A stretch of DNA of 64,000 bases from an uncultured Desulfarculus sp. Its GTDB lineage: Bacteria; Desulfobacterota; Desulfarculia; Desulfarculales; Desulfarculaceae. Below are positions 48,578 to 57,845 of this stretch, in pieces; the first letter of the stretch is position 1; each line of letters begins with the position of its first letter. The translations under genes and the position numbers were made by a program. Below the pieces are notes generated by a model. That model was not told the origin of the DNA, did not search any database, and saw only the letters and a list, made by a program, of their open reading frames with translations. The stretch covers positions 1,056,001 through 1,120,000 of the forward strand of contig CAXXUK010000001.1 in NCBI GenBank assembly GCA_963665125.2, in the 5' to 3' direction.

Positions 48578-49843
48578 TTATTCAAATACATCGTCCAGCC
48601 AATCAAACAGCACTTGTCCGATCAAGGCCCGGTTTTCCATTACGCAGTGGTTGCTCGCCCCTTCCTCGGTGGGTGTAACCACCATTTTTTTCTTGTTATT
48701 GGGGAAATTGTCAAAGGCGGCCTGCTGTTGCTTCTGGACTTCTTCACTTTGGTATTCGCCTTGGCCGACGATGATCAAGGCCGGCACAGATATCTTCGCC
48801 GGATCAAAGGTGTTGCCCTTGTTCGCCTCGATCAACGCAGAGGGCTGATCCACGCCGTATCGCCAGCAGATGACCTCGACAATATTGCGGTGAAAGGAGG
48901 TCCATGATTTCATTTCTTCTTCCGACGCCACGGCGGCCGGCATTGTGCCAAAAAGGCGGTGCGCGTCAACCACCGCGGAATTCATGGCGATGGCTTTGAT
49001 GCGCTGGTCGTGCTCCGCGGCCTGGGGAACGAACAGCCCGCCGCCGCTTATGCCGTATACGGCCAGTTGACTTGGCTCAACGCCCGGCTGTTTGAGGGCA
49101 TAGTCCACAACCAGCTTCATGGGTGCATAGGTGTCGGTTCGGAAGGTCTTGCCGTCAAAAGGCATAAGGCCTTGGCCGGGCAGGTCTACCGTGATGAAAT
49201 TGTAGCCGCGTTCAAATGCCTGGGGGGCGATGTAAAAATAGAGGTCTTCCATGAAGGTTTCGCCGCCGCCGATCATGATCAGGGTCTTGGACAGCTTGCC
49301 GCCGGTGTCCGCGGCCCGGAAATAGCCGGGGATCACAGTGCCTTCAAACGGAATTTCAAAGTATTTCAATGGAGGATCAAAGAGGTTCCCAGCTTTTTTC
49401 ATCAGCTCGCGGCACTTTAATCCGCGCTTCAGCATTTCGGGATTGTCGGGCAACATGGCAAGAGTGGACAGACGATAGTAGTATGCGGCCCGCAAGAGCT
49501 GCTTTCTGGCGCTGACAAGGTGTCCTGCCGCCAGAGACTTTTCACCACGGGACTCGACGCGCTCGGCCAACCCGTACCAGGCGTCTTGCCAAGATTTCGC
49601 GTCGCCATCCTTGATTTGGGACGCCGCGTAGAATGCTTCGCCAATGGCCAGGCCCTGGTTTACGGCCGCTCCCAGGGCGAGGTTGCCGAAATGGAAATCC
49701 ATGTCCCCGTCTTTGAAAAAATAGCTGAAACTCGTGGCATGGGCGTCAAATGCGGGCTCGTTTTGCGCTGCAATGCTTGATCCGCAGTTTAGGCTGATTA
49801 TGGCAATAGACAGGGCGGCGACTACAGCTCTGCATCTGGACAT
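48578..49843 (-). CDS. Secreted alpha/beta hydrolase (S9/FrsA-like)
   Basis: Signal peptide, IPFEG...PGY, DLPGQG, nucleophile GISGGG and EEGASNHC. Confidence 0.85.
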   Translation of the reverse strand: MSRCRAVVAALSIAIISLNCGSSIAAQNEPAFDAHATSFSYFFKDGDMDFHFGNLALGAAVNQGLAIGEAFYAASQIKDGDAKSWQDAWYGLAERVESRGEKSLAAGHLVSARKQLLRAAYYYRLSTLAMLPDNPEMLKRGLKCRELMKKAGNLFDPPLKYFEIPFEGTVIPGYFRAADTGGKLSKTLIMIGGGETFMEDLYFYIAPQAFERGYNFITVDLPGQGLMPFDGKTFRTDTYAPMKLVVDYALKQPGVEPSQLAVYGISGGGLFVPQAAEHDQRIKAIAMNSAVVDAHRLFGTMPAAVASEEEMKSWTSFHRNIVEVICWRYGVDQPSALIEANKGNTFDPAKISVPALIIVGQGEYQSEEVQKQQQAAFDNFPNNKKKMVVTPTEEGASNHCVMENRALIGQVLFDWLDDVFE

Positions 49844-50050
49844 CGGGCTCTCTCCGGATAGTTGAAGACATATATTAATGATTCACGCATGAACCGGTTG
49901 GGGTTACAGTCGAAGGCAATTCATGATAATGGCCTTTCGCCGCCTATTATGGCGAATCTCAGTGATATGACAAACAACAACGCCTTTAGGTTTTACCGGA
50001 AAAGCATGGGTTTGTTCGAGGGGCGACTCAGGCTATTAAACTGGAAAGAG

Positions 50051-50539
50051 CTACTGATGGTTGTCCTTTTGCTCAATTTTTAAATCCGGGTACAACCGTG
50101 TTATGCACTCCGGGCACAAGCCGTGGCTGAAATCCGCTTGAGAGTGGTCGCGCACATACACCTCCACCTGTTGCCAGTCTCCTTTTTCATCCCTGATTTT
50201 CTTGCAATTCGCGCAAATGGGAATAATCCCCCTCAACTGTTTGATTTCAGCCATGGCCCCTTGCAATTTGTCGTTGGCTTCGACCAGAGCGGCATGGCGT
50301 GATTTGGCCTTTCTGAACAACACGTAGCTTACCACGGCCAACATTAATATCCAAAAAATACAAACCGCAAATATTTCGTCTAGTTCCCAGTTTTCATGAG
50401 TTCTGGAAAAGCTTACGAACCATTCCAAAAAGTCGAACTGCCCGGCAATGATGAAAACCACCACGCTAAGCAGACCTAAGAAACCGAGCACCAACAACAA
50501 TCGCTGTTTGTTATATAGATCGTTCGTTTCCTGACGCAT
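50051..50539 (-). CDS. Small two-TM protein with the same C-terminal CxxC...CxxC domain as 44867-46162
   Basis: HENWELDE between TMs; IIPICANCKKIRDEKGDW..VE.YV..HS...FSHGLCPEC. Confidence 0.78.
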   Translation of the reverse strand: MRQETNDLYNKQRLLLVLGFLGLLSVVVFIIAGQFDFLEWFVSFSRTHENWELDEIFAVCIFWILMLAVVSYVLFRKAKSRHAALVEANDKLQGAMAEIKQLRGIIPICANCKKIRDEKGDWQQVEVYVRDHSQADFSHGLCPECITRLYPDLKIEQKDNHQ

Positions 50540-50820
50540 GGGCTGTCCTCGTGCAGTACATTCCATAGATTATATGTTGGTTGCCGCATAACAAATCAAA
50601 CAAGCCGCAACAAAAACGCAAAATTACGCGGTGAGTAACTGCGAACACCCGTTACGCTACGGATGATTAAAACCGTTAACCATATTATATCGATAAGTTA
50701 TATGGCGATTGGAAATATTTTTTGCGACATACCCTTACCTAATCATGCTAAAAACCCAATAAGTGAATTTGTTCTGCGGCCCTGCGTTTTCAGGCCGTAT
50801 CGACGTAGAGGAGATTGCTG

Positions 50821-51597
50821 GTGAAAAAAGCATTGGCGTACTCTGGTTTGTTGATTTTGGCAATTGCAGTGTCTTTTTCCGTCAGTGCCGACGAAACCAT
50901 GACCAATGGTTTTACCAATTCCATAGGCCAGGAGTTTGTCTTGATACCAGCCGGGAGTTTTATGATGGGAAGCCCTGAAAACAAGCAGGGCAGGGCCGCC
51001 GGCGATGCGCAACACCAGGTAACAATATCCAAACCCTTTTATATGCAAAAAACCGAGGTCACCCAAGGACAATGGGAAAAAGTGATGGGAAACAACCCGT
51101 CGGAAAATGAGGACTGCGGCCCAAACTGCCCTGTGCGGATGGTGTCCTGGAACGATGCACAGGAGTTTATCCGCCGTCTGAATAAACTCGAAGGCACGGA
51201 AAAATACCGCTTGCCCACGGAAGCCCAGTGGGAATACAGCGCCCGGGCGGGGACCTCCACGGCTTATTACTGGGGAGACCGTATGGACGGCTCTTATGCC
51301 TGGTGTGCGGCAAACGCTGACAAATCCCATTCGGTGGGCCAAAAAAATCCCAACGCTTGGGGCTTGTATGATATGACCGGTAACGTATTGGAATGGTGTG
51401 AGGATTGGTGGGAAGATTATCCAACCGGTCCCATTACCGACCCCCGAGGTCCGGACTCGGGCAAGGCCCGCGTGTTTCGCGGTGGTAGTTTCAACGACGC
51501 CGCCGATGCCTGCCGTATCTATCTGCGCTATGGCGGCACGCCGAACTTTCGGTACAGCTGTCTGGGTTTTCGTCTTGCCGCGACCGGTTCAAGGTAA
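50821..51597 (+). CDS. Secreted formylglycine-generating-enzyme (FGE/SUMF1) domain protein
   Basis: IPAGSFMMGS, TEVTQ, RLPTEAQWEY, NAWGLYDMTGNVLEW, RGGSF and GFRL. Confidence 0.9.
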   Translation: MKKALAYSGLLILAIAVSFSVSADETMTNGFTNSIGQEFVLIPAGSFMMGSPENKQGRAAGDAQHQVTISKPFYMQKTEVTQGQWEKVMGNNPSENEDCGPNCPVRMVSWNDAQEFIRRLNKLEGTEKYRLPTEAQWEYSARAGTSTAYYWGDRMDGSYAWCAANADKSHSVGQKNPNAWGLYDMTGNVLEWCEDWWEDYPTGPITDPRGPDSGKARVFRGGSFNDAADACRIYLRYGGTPNFRYSCLGFRLAATGSR

Positions 51598-51715
51598 TTA
51601 AACATGCTTTGGGGTCGTCAAAGACCAAGACCACCGAAGCCTGCCTGCAATAAATAAGCGGGTGTTCATGCCCGTTGATGTGAATATTGATTTTGTTCAG
51701 CCCTGGAGGAACTTC

Positions 51716-52393
51716 ATGAGACAAAGCACCCGACGCGCCGTATTCATCATGTTTGCAGCCCTATTAGCCTTGTCGATCCACGCGGCGGACGCGGCGGCGG
51801 AAACGAAAGTTGAGGCGCATGTTCTAAAAGTAGAAGGTCTGGTGATCGGAAAAACGTTAAAAGTTGATCAAACATATGCCCAACAATATAAAAGGCCGGT
51901 CAAGGCCCCGTTTGAACTGATCATCCCCAATATCGACGGCGTCCAGGTGTTTGCCGCATTTCCGCCAAAAGTCGGCGGCGAATACTTCAAGATAAGTTTC
52001 GCTACAAAAAACAAAGAGTTAATTGAGAATATTCGTATCATCGGCATGACAATTCCCCTGGGATCCCTGGAACAGCGGGTGGCCACCTTAAAGCAACTTT
52101 TCGTCAATCAGGCCTTGCCCATGGCTTTAAAGGATCATGTCAACCCCAAGATATTGGCGGGTCGCATGGCCAAGATCCACGGCCTGGACGCAATTGAAGC
52201 AATCGCCCAGTATGATGACCTCAGAGAGGGACGTATATATGTATGGCTGGTAGGGATTTTGAACCCTGACAGCCCCAACTGCGTTTTGGCCATGAGCCAG
52301 ATTACCTCCAGAGCGGAAGCCAAAACGTCCGAGGATATTGGTAAAAAAGGCATCACTGTCAAATCGTTAAGCACCTTCAAATTCATCAAGTAA
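51716..52393 (+). CDS. Hypothetical secreted protein
   Basis: RBS GGAGG before ATG51716 and a signal peptide ending in AxA; no family recognised. Confidence 0.7.
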   Translation: MRQSTRRAVFIMFAALLALSIHAADAAAETKVEAHVLKVEGLVIGKTLKVDQTYAQQYKRPVKAPFELIIPNIDGVQVFAAFPPKVGGEYFKISFATKNKELIENIRIIGMTIPLGSLEQRVATLKQLFVNQALPMALKDHVNPKILAGRMAKIHGLDAIEAIAQYDDLREGRIYVWLVGILNPDSPNCVLAMSQITSRAEAKTSEDIGKKGITVKSLSTFKFIK

Positions 52394-52411
52394 CGTTGAG
52401 GGGGTAAGCCT

Positions 52412-53713
52412 GTGCGGTTGCTGCTAAACAAGGAACTCTTGCGCCGTTTGGCCATTGCGCTGGGTCTGTTTTGCTCCATTCTCATGTACATGACCACCAT
52501 CGGTGAATGCTACATGGTGCTCAAGCCCGACTTCACCCTGATGAAGCAGGCCTATCTTGAAAAGAAGGCTGAGCGGGTGAGGGCCTACGAAAAAAAATAC
52601 CTCTCGGAGCAAGAGAGGTGCGGCGACCGTAGCATGTTCGTCAAGTATTTAAATGGAATGCGGACCAAGCTCGAATCAATGAAAAACGCCCTGGAGGCCG
52701 AGCGCAACGAGCCCCTAGCCAAATACATAGCAGCGGTGGTTAGCAACAGCAAGTCCACGGAGATATCCGGCCCGGGATGGCAATCCGTGATGCGGATGGT
52801 CGATGAGTATTACCAGGGCCGGACGCCGGAACAATGGCAAGACAACACCGCGGAAACGATAAACGGCTACCCAAGTCTTATCTTCCCCGACGACAAAGAA
52901 CCTTTTGCCAGTGTGCACACCGGGGTGCGCATCTATTACCTGCTCTACAACGAAGGCGGTTCCACGCAATATTTAAAGGTGTACTCCTTGAACCGCTTTA
53001 TTGCGGACAAATACCTTCCCGAAAGCGTTCTGCATCCCTGGCGGGCCTATTTCTGGCTACCCTTTGCCTTGGGCCTGGCCATATATCTGCTGATTCCCAA
53101 AGTCAAGAGGCCCGAGGACGCCATTGGTTACGCCAGGTTGTGGGGGCTGATGATTACGGACTTTTTCGTCCTACTGTTTTCCGGGTTGTTTTTTCTGGTT
53201 GGCTGTGGGCTGCTGTCTCTGCATGAGGCCAACATCCTTACAATCAGCAGCATGGATTCCGGCTTCCAGATTAGCGTTGTAGTCTTATGGATCATAGCTG
53301 TTTTAATCCTCGGGGCAATGTGGCCATGCGTCAGCCGCCGCAATTTCTGGATTAAGTTGCTGCCCGATGGCCTGGAAAAACACACGGTTAATGGCGCCAC
53401 TTATTACGCATACGCCGACATGAAACAGGCCGGCTTGAAGATCAAGGACTACGGCTGGATGGTGCAGCTTGTCCTGGCTCTGAGTTCATTCGGCAATGCC
53501 GGCACATATGCCATGGGCCTGAGTCTGGGCGCTAAAGACAATAGGGTGGCGTTTGTTGAGGTTGAGATGCAGGATGGCAAACCCTGGCAATTCAAACCGG
53601 CTGAATTTGAAGGCGGTGTTGAAGTGATCCGGACATTGCGCGACCATGGCGTGAACATGGACAGTGAGTTGAACAAGGTGTTGAAAGAGTTGGACGAGGA
53701 AGAGGTCGCCTAG
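52412..53713 (+). CDS. Hypothetical membrane protein (possible C-terminal bacterial PH-like domain)
   Basis: 433-aa ORF with several TMs; WIKLLPDGLEKHT...YAYADM resembles a bPH pattern. Confidence 0.65.
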   Translation: MRLLLNKELLRRLAIALGLFCSILMYMTTIGECYMVLKPDFTLMKQAYLEKKAERVRAYEKKYLSEQERCGDRSMFVKYLNGMRTKLESMKNALEAERNEPLAKYIAAVVSNSKSTEISGPGWQSVMRMVDEYYQGRTPEQWQDNTAETINGYPSLIFPDDKEPFASVHTGVRIYYLLYNEGGSTQYLKVYSLNRFIADKYLPESVLHPWRAYFWLPFALGLAIYLLIPKVKRPEDAIGYARLWGLMITDFFVLLFSGLFFLVGCGLLSLHEANILTISSMDSGFQISVVVLWIIAVLILGAMWPCVSRRNFWIKLLPDGLEKHTVNGATYYAYADMKQAGLKIKDYGWMVQLVLALSSFGNAGTYAMGLSLGAKDNRVAFVEVEMQDGKPWQFKPAEFEGGVEVIRTLRDHGVNMDSELNKVLKELDEEEVA

Positions 53714-54156
53714 CCATTTTACGTTAGTGAACCAGCTGGCATGGCCTTGATCGGGGTCTATAGGATTTGTTAACGTACCAAACCGATTCCTGCACTAATT
53801 CGATTGGCATAACCGTCAAGCTGGTAAATGTCACCAGGTATAATCCGTATTATCACTGCCCCGACTGCCCAAAAGCTAACCGTTGCAAGTTTGAACCAGC
53901 TTCAGCCATAAAGGAATCGCGCGTGATAGTGGACATCCAAAAAACCGGTATATACATCAAAAGAAAGGACGGCACCGTGCTCAATCATTGTCAGTGAGCA
54001 TACAACGCCGTTTCAATGGGGCCCTGGAATGGGCAAGGCCGACAGCAACACCTGACACTGTACAGGACAGGACTAATCCTCACAAAAAGCCAATGAAGTT
54101 CCCCTGAAATTGTGGACACCTCGAAAAGCATGATATGAATTGCTTGGAGGTGTTGA

Positions 54157-54453
54157 ATGGGCAACAGACGCAGGAGTTATAGCCGGGAGTTCAAGATCGA
54201 AGCCGTGGCCTTGGTCACCGAGGGAGGTTTGAGCATTTCCCAGGCGGCCAGGGACCTTGGCATCAGCCAGACCGTGCTGGGCCGCTGGAAGAAGCAGCTC
54301 GAAACAGACCCTGAGCAGGCCTTCCCAGGCAAGGGCAATTTAAAGCCGCAAGATGAGGAGCTAGCCCATCTGAGACGCGAACTGGCCATTGTACGCCAGG
54401 AGCGTGACATATTAAAAAAAGCCATCGGCATCTTCTCGCGGATGCCAAAATGA
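54157..54453 (+). CDS. IS3 transposase OrfA (HTH + leucine zipper)
   Basis: RRSYSREFK.EAV, SQAARDLGIS...L.RW and ERDILKKA. Confidence 0.92.
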   Translation: MGNRRRSYSREFKIEAVALVTEGGLSISQAARDLGISQTVLGRWKKQLETDPEQAFPGKGNLKPQDEELAHLRRELAIVRQERDILKKAIGIFSRMPK

Positions 54454-55313
54454 AGTTTCAGTTCATCAGGGATCAGAGTGAAGGATTCCAGATCAGGCGT
54501 ATGTGCCGGATTTTGGAGGTGTCAGCCAGCGGGTACTACGCTTGGCTGAACCGGCCGGAAAGCAGCCGGGCGCGAGAGAACCGGAGGCTCGTTGTCGAGA
54601 TCAAGGCCATTCATAAAGAAAATCGTGGCGTGTACGGAAGCCCCCGGATACAGGCGGAACTCAAGGATCGTGAAATCCATGTGAGCGAGAACCGGGTGGC
54701 TCGATTAATGCGCGATAACGGCATCGCTGCCAAGCAGAAGAAAAAGTACAAGGCCACCACGGATTCCAATCACGGCCACCTGGCGGCCCCCAATATCCTG
54801 GGGCGGGACTTTGAAGCGGACGGCCCTGATCAAAAATGGCTGGCTGATATAACCTACATTCCTACTCGTGAAGGCTGGCTGTACCTGGCGGCCGTCCTGG
54901 ATCTTTATTCCAAGCTGATCGTGGGCTGGTCCATGTCAAGCCGCATGACCAAAAAGCTGGTGCTCGATGCGCTGAACATGGCGGTGGACCGGCGGAAACC
55001 TGGGCCTGGGCTGATCCATCATTCAGATCAAGGACGTCAATATGCCAGCAAGGCCTACCGCAAAAAGCTGAAGTCGCACCGCATGATATGCAGCATGAGC
55101 CGCAAGGGCGACTGCTGGGATAACGCGCCCATGGAAAGCTGGTTTCATTCCCTGAAAACCGAACTGGTGGCGCATAAAGATTATCTGAGCAGGACGCAGG
55201 CCAAGGCTGACATCTTTGAGTACATCGAAGTCTTCTACAACCGCAGCCGCAAACACTCAGCTCTGGGGTACATGAACCCGGCTCAATATGAGATGATCAA
55301 TATGGCTGCTTAA
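54450..55313 (+). CDS. IS3 transposase OrfB (DDE)
   Basis: WLADITYI, HHSDQGRQY, DNAPMESWF..LK.E and YNR.R.HS.LGY; in the -1 frame relative to orfA. Confidence 0.93.
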   Translation: MKFQFIRDQSEGFQIRRMCRILEVSASGYYAWLNRPESSRARENRRLVVEIKAIHKENRGVYGSPRIQAELKDREIHVSENRVARLMRDNGIAAKQKKKYKATTDSNHGHLAAPNILGRDFEADGPDQKWLADITYIPTREGWLYLAAVLDLYSKLIVGWSMSSRMTKKLVLDALNMAVDRRKPGPGLIHHSDQGRQYASKAYRKKLKSHRMICSMSRKGDCWDNAPMESWFHSLKTELVAHKDYLSRTQAKADIFEYIEVFYNRSRKHSALGYMNPAQYEMINMAA

Positions 55314-55343
55314 CTACGTGTCCACAAAAATTGGGGAAGATCA

Positions 55344-56236
55344 ACATAGCGTCCTTGGCCGGTTAGTGGCCTAAGCTCATCCAGTATTTCAAGAGCTTGT
55401 GTGGAAAGAGGCACTATGTGTTGTTCTCGCATCTTCATTTTTTCAGCCGGTATCCGCCACTGTGATTCTTCAAGGTCTATTTCGGACCATTCAGCATGCC
55501 GCAGCTCTCCAGGCCGAACAAAGGTCAAGTAGGCGAAGCGTAAGGCGCAACGGACAATCAGGGAACCTCTGTAATCGTCTATTGCCCGCAGCAAGCCGGT
55601 GACTTCCTTGGGATTGGTAATGCTGGGGTGATGTTTAACAGGGGAGGGTGACAAGGCCCCCTTGAGGTCAGATGATGGGTCACGTTCCGCCCTACCGGTT
55701 GCCACTGCATAGCGAAATACTTGGCCGCAGTTCTGCAAAAGACGGTGTGCCGTCTCTATGGCTCCTCTGGACTCTACACGCCTTACCACTTCCAGTAATT
55801 CAGGCGGACTGATATTGGCAATAGGCGAACGGCCTATCCAAGGGAAGGCGTCGTTTTCAAGCCTCCTCATAATTCGCAAGGCGTGACCATTAGACCAGCT
55901 AACTCGGAATTTGGCATGCCATTCACGGGCCACCATTTCAAACGTGGCCGCTTCCATGGCTTCCTGAAGTTTTTCTGCCTTGCGTACTTGACTGGGGTCC
56001 ATACCTTCAGCCAACAAGCGCCGGGCCTCGTCACGGCGTTCTCGGGCCATCTTGAGGGAAACGTCAGGATAGACGCCAAGGGAGATCATTTTTTGTTTTT
56101 GCTGGAACGAATAACGGAAACGCCACCATTTCCCGCCATTTTTATTCATTTCCAGGCAAAGTCCACGTTCATCGTTGTAGCGCTTGGTTTTGGGGGCAGG
56201 TTTGAGGTTTTTTGCAAACAGGTCGGTTAGAGGCAT
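55344..56236 (-). pseudogene. P4-like tyrosine integrase truncated by IS3
   Basis: Arm-binding N-terminus (D..GL.L....G.K.WRFRY...LG.YP.VSL..AR), R.GELR.AEWSE and KMK...HIVPL. It is cut at GRYV by the IS end, so HxxR and the catalytic Tyr are missing. Confidence 0.9.
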
Positions 56237-56444
56237 GAGTAACACCCTGTCTTGAGTAAGCCAGCATTGGCGGGAGCTTGGGGGAGTTACTCTAGTTTGA
56301 ATCCCGCCGATCAAGAGTTACTCGACATGTTACTCATGAAAAACTCAGATGTCAACGCACCAAAACAGACAAAGCCGGACCATCTCTGGTCGGCTTCTAT
56401 CTGTTTTAACAGGCTTTTTGGACTTTGTTGGACTTGCTTGGATT
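56234..56444. repeat. att-arm-like repeats between integrase and tmRNA
   Basis: catgagtaaca at 56234 and its inverse tgttactcatg at 56328; gagttactc at 56284 and 56315; ttggact/ttggact/ttggatt at 56418, 56428 and 56438. Confidence 0.6.
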
Positions 56445-56450
56445 TCCTGT

Positions 56451-56803
56451 TGGTGGAGGCGGGGGGAATCGAACCCCCGTCCGAAAGCTTTCAGCCCAGG
56501 CTTCTACATGCTTAGCCTATGATTTAATTTCACCTTGGCCACCCCCACAGGCAGGGTTGACCGCAGCTAGCCTCACATTTGATTTCGGCGCCAGGCCTAT
56601 GTGGCCGAACCGGGAACCTATCCCGCTAGTCGACGCCCGACTCCGGCCCCGCGGGAGAGGACCGGGCGGACGGTAGCATTAAGCTGCTACGGCGTAATTG
56701 TAATCGTCTGCGATTACTTTATATTCCGCCGGAATAACGGGCCAGCGGAGCCCGGCATGCTACTCTGGGCTTCAACAACCCCCGTCGAAACCATGTCGCC
56801 CCC
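56451..56803 (-). ncRNA. ssrA: tmRNA; tag peptide (A)ADDYNYAVAA
   Basis: 5' end GGGGGCGACATGGTTTCGAC; 3' end GGGTTCGATTCCCCCCGCCTCCACCA with a G3-U acceptor pair; tag ORF at 56711-56679. Confidence 0.97.
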
Positions 56804-56891
56804 ATGCATATCACACGCCTCTATAGCTAAAATATATAGCGGGCTGGGCCCTCCCGCAACCGGAAAGGCAATTATAATAAATATTAAGGGG

Positions 56892-56920
56892 TTGACATCC
56901 GGTTCTTTTTTTTGCATATT
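56892..56920 (+). promoter_or_regulatory. Sigma70-type promoter for ihfA
   Basis: TTGACA-N17-CATATT. Confidence 0.55.
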
Positions 56921-56975
56921 CGCTTCTGGCGTATTCATTTTCAAAGGGCATTTACCACAGACAAGGAGAGTGGGG

Positions 56976-57269
56976 GTGGCACTGACCAAGGAGCATATCA
57001 TTAATGAGGTCTTTGAGCGCACGCAGCTCCCAAAGAGCAAATCGCGCGATGTTGTTGAAACCGCGCTGGAGCTGATTAAAGACACTCTTGGTGAGTCTCA
57101 GGATCTCTTGATTAGCGGTTTTGGCAAGTTTATGGTCAAAGACAAAAGAGCTCGCCGGGGGCGCAATCCCCAGACCAAGGAAGACATGAGGCTGCGGGCT
57201 CGCAAGGTCGTTGTTTTCAAGACCTCCGGTGTTCTGCGCAAAAACCTCAATGATGGTCTTGACGTCTAA
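56976..57269 (+). CDS. ihfA: Integration host factor alpha subunit
   Basis: ALTK..I, ISGFGKF.V.DK.AR.GRNPQT and RKVVVFK.S; GTG start after AGGAG. Confidence 0.9.
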   Translation: MALTKEHIINEVFERTQLPKSKSRDVVETALELIKDTLGESQDLLISGFGKFMVKDKRARRGRNPQTKEDMRLRARKVVVFKTSGVLRKNLNDGLDV

Positions 57270-57290
57270 CTTGTTGCAAAGATTAGTTTA

Positions 57291-57845
57291 GTGGGAAAAG
57301 CCCTGCTGCTCATTGACATCCAGAACGACTACTTTCCAGGGGGCAAGATGCCTCTGGAGGGAGCAGCACGGGCAGGAACATCCGCAGGTCTTTTGTTGGC
57401 GGCGTGCAGAGAACGGCGCATTCCGGTGTGCCATGTTCAGCACATCTCCATAAGGTCCGGCGCGGGTTTCTTTTTGCCCGATACGGATGGCGCATTGATC
57501 CATCAAAGCGTTCAACCGTTGCCGGAAGAACGCATATTCCAAAAAAATTACCCCAACAGCTTCAGGGAAACCGGCATTGATGAGCACCTTAAGTCACTTG
57601 CGGTGGGTAAGCTGATTATCGCCGGCATGATGACCCACATGTGCATCGATGCAACCGTGCGTGCGGCTTTTGATCTGGGTTACCAATGCACCTTGGTTCA
57701 AGACGCCTGCGCCACCAAAGATTTGCAGTTGGAGGGCAGGGAGGTCGCCGCCGAAGCAGTGCATACGGCTTTCATCGCCGCTTTGGGATCGGTTTATTGC
57801 AAAGTGGCTGGTTGCGACGAAATCATCGCGGAACTCTCAACCTAA
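57291..57845 (+). CDS. Isochorismatase-family cysteine hydrolase
   Basis: ALLLIDIQNDYF, K.YPNSF and GMMTHMCIDAT.RAA.D.GY. Confidence 0.92.
   Translation: MGKALLLIDIQNDYFPGGKMPLEGAARAGTSAGLLLAACRERRIPVCHVQHISIRSGAGFFLPDTDGALIHQSVQPLPEERIFQKNYPNSFRETGIDEHLKSLAVGKLIIAGMMTHMCIDATVRAAFDLGYQCTLVQDACATKDLQLEGREVAAEAVHTAFIAALGSVYCKVAGCDEIIAELST

Larger units (their letters stand above)
54094..55343 (+). mobile_element. IS3-family insertion sequence, 1250 bp
   Basis: IRL tgaagttcccctgaaattgtggacac and IRR (reverse complement) tgatcttccccaatttttgtggacac; TG...CA ends; orfA and orfB. No target duplication is visible (caa | aca). Confidence 0.93.

Noticed and set aside
50632..50640. Single tgagtaact resembling the integrase arm motif
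   Set aside because: It is an isolated copy with no adjacent tmRNA fragment and may be chance.
50821..51597. FGE/C-type-lectin-fold gene as a diversity-generating retroelement target
   Set aside because: No reverse transcriptase or template repeat is seen in the window.
53767..53997. 76-aa ORF with CPDC motif
   Set aside because: It has a weak TTG start, no clear RBS and no recognisable family. It may be a gene fragment but cannot be supported.
56601..56975. N-terminal extension of the IHF ORF in the ORF track
   Set aside because: It overlaps the tmRNA antisense strand; the real start is GTG56976 after AGGAG.
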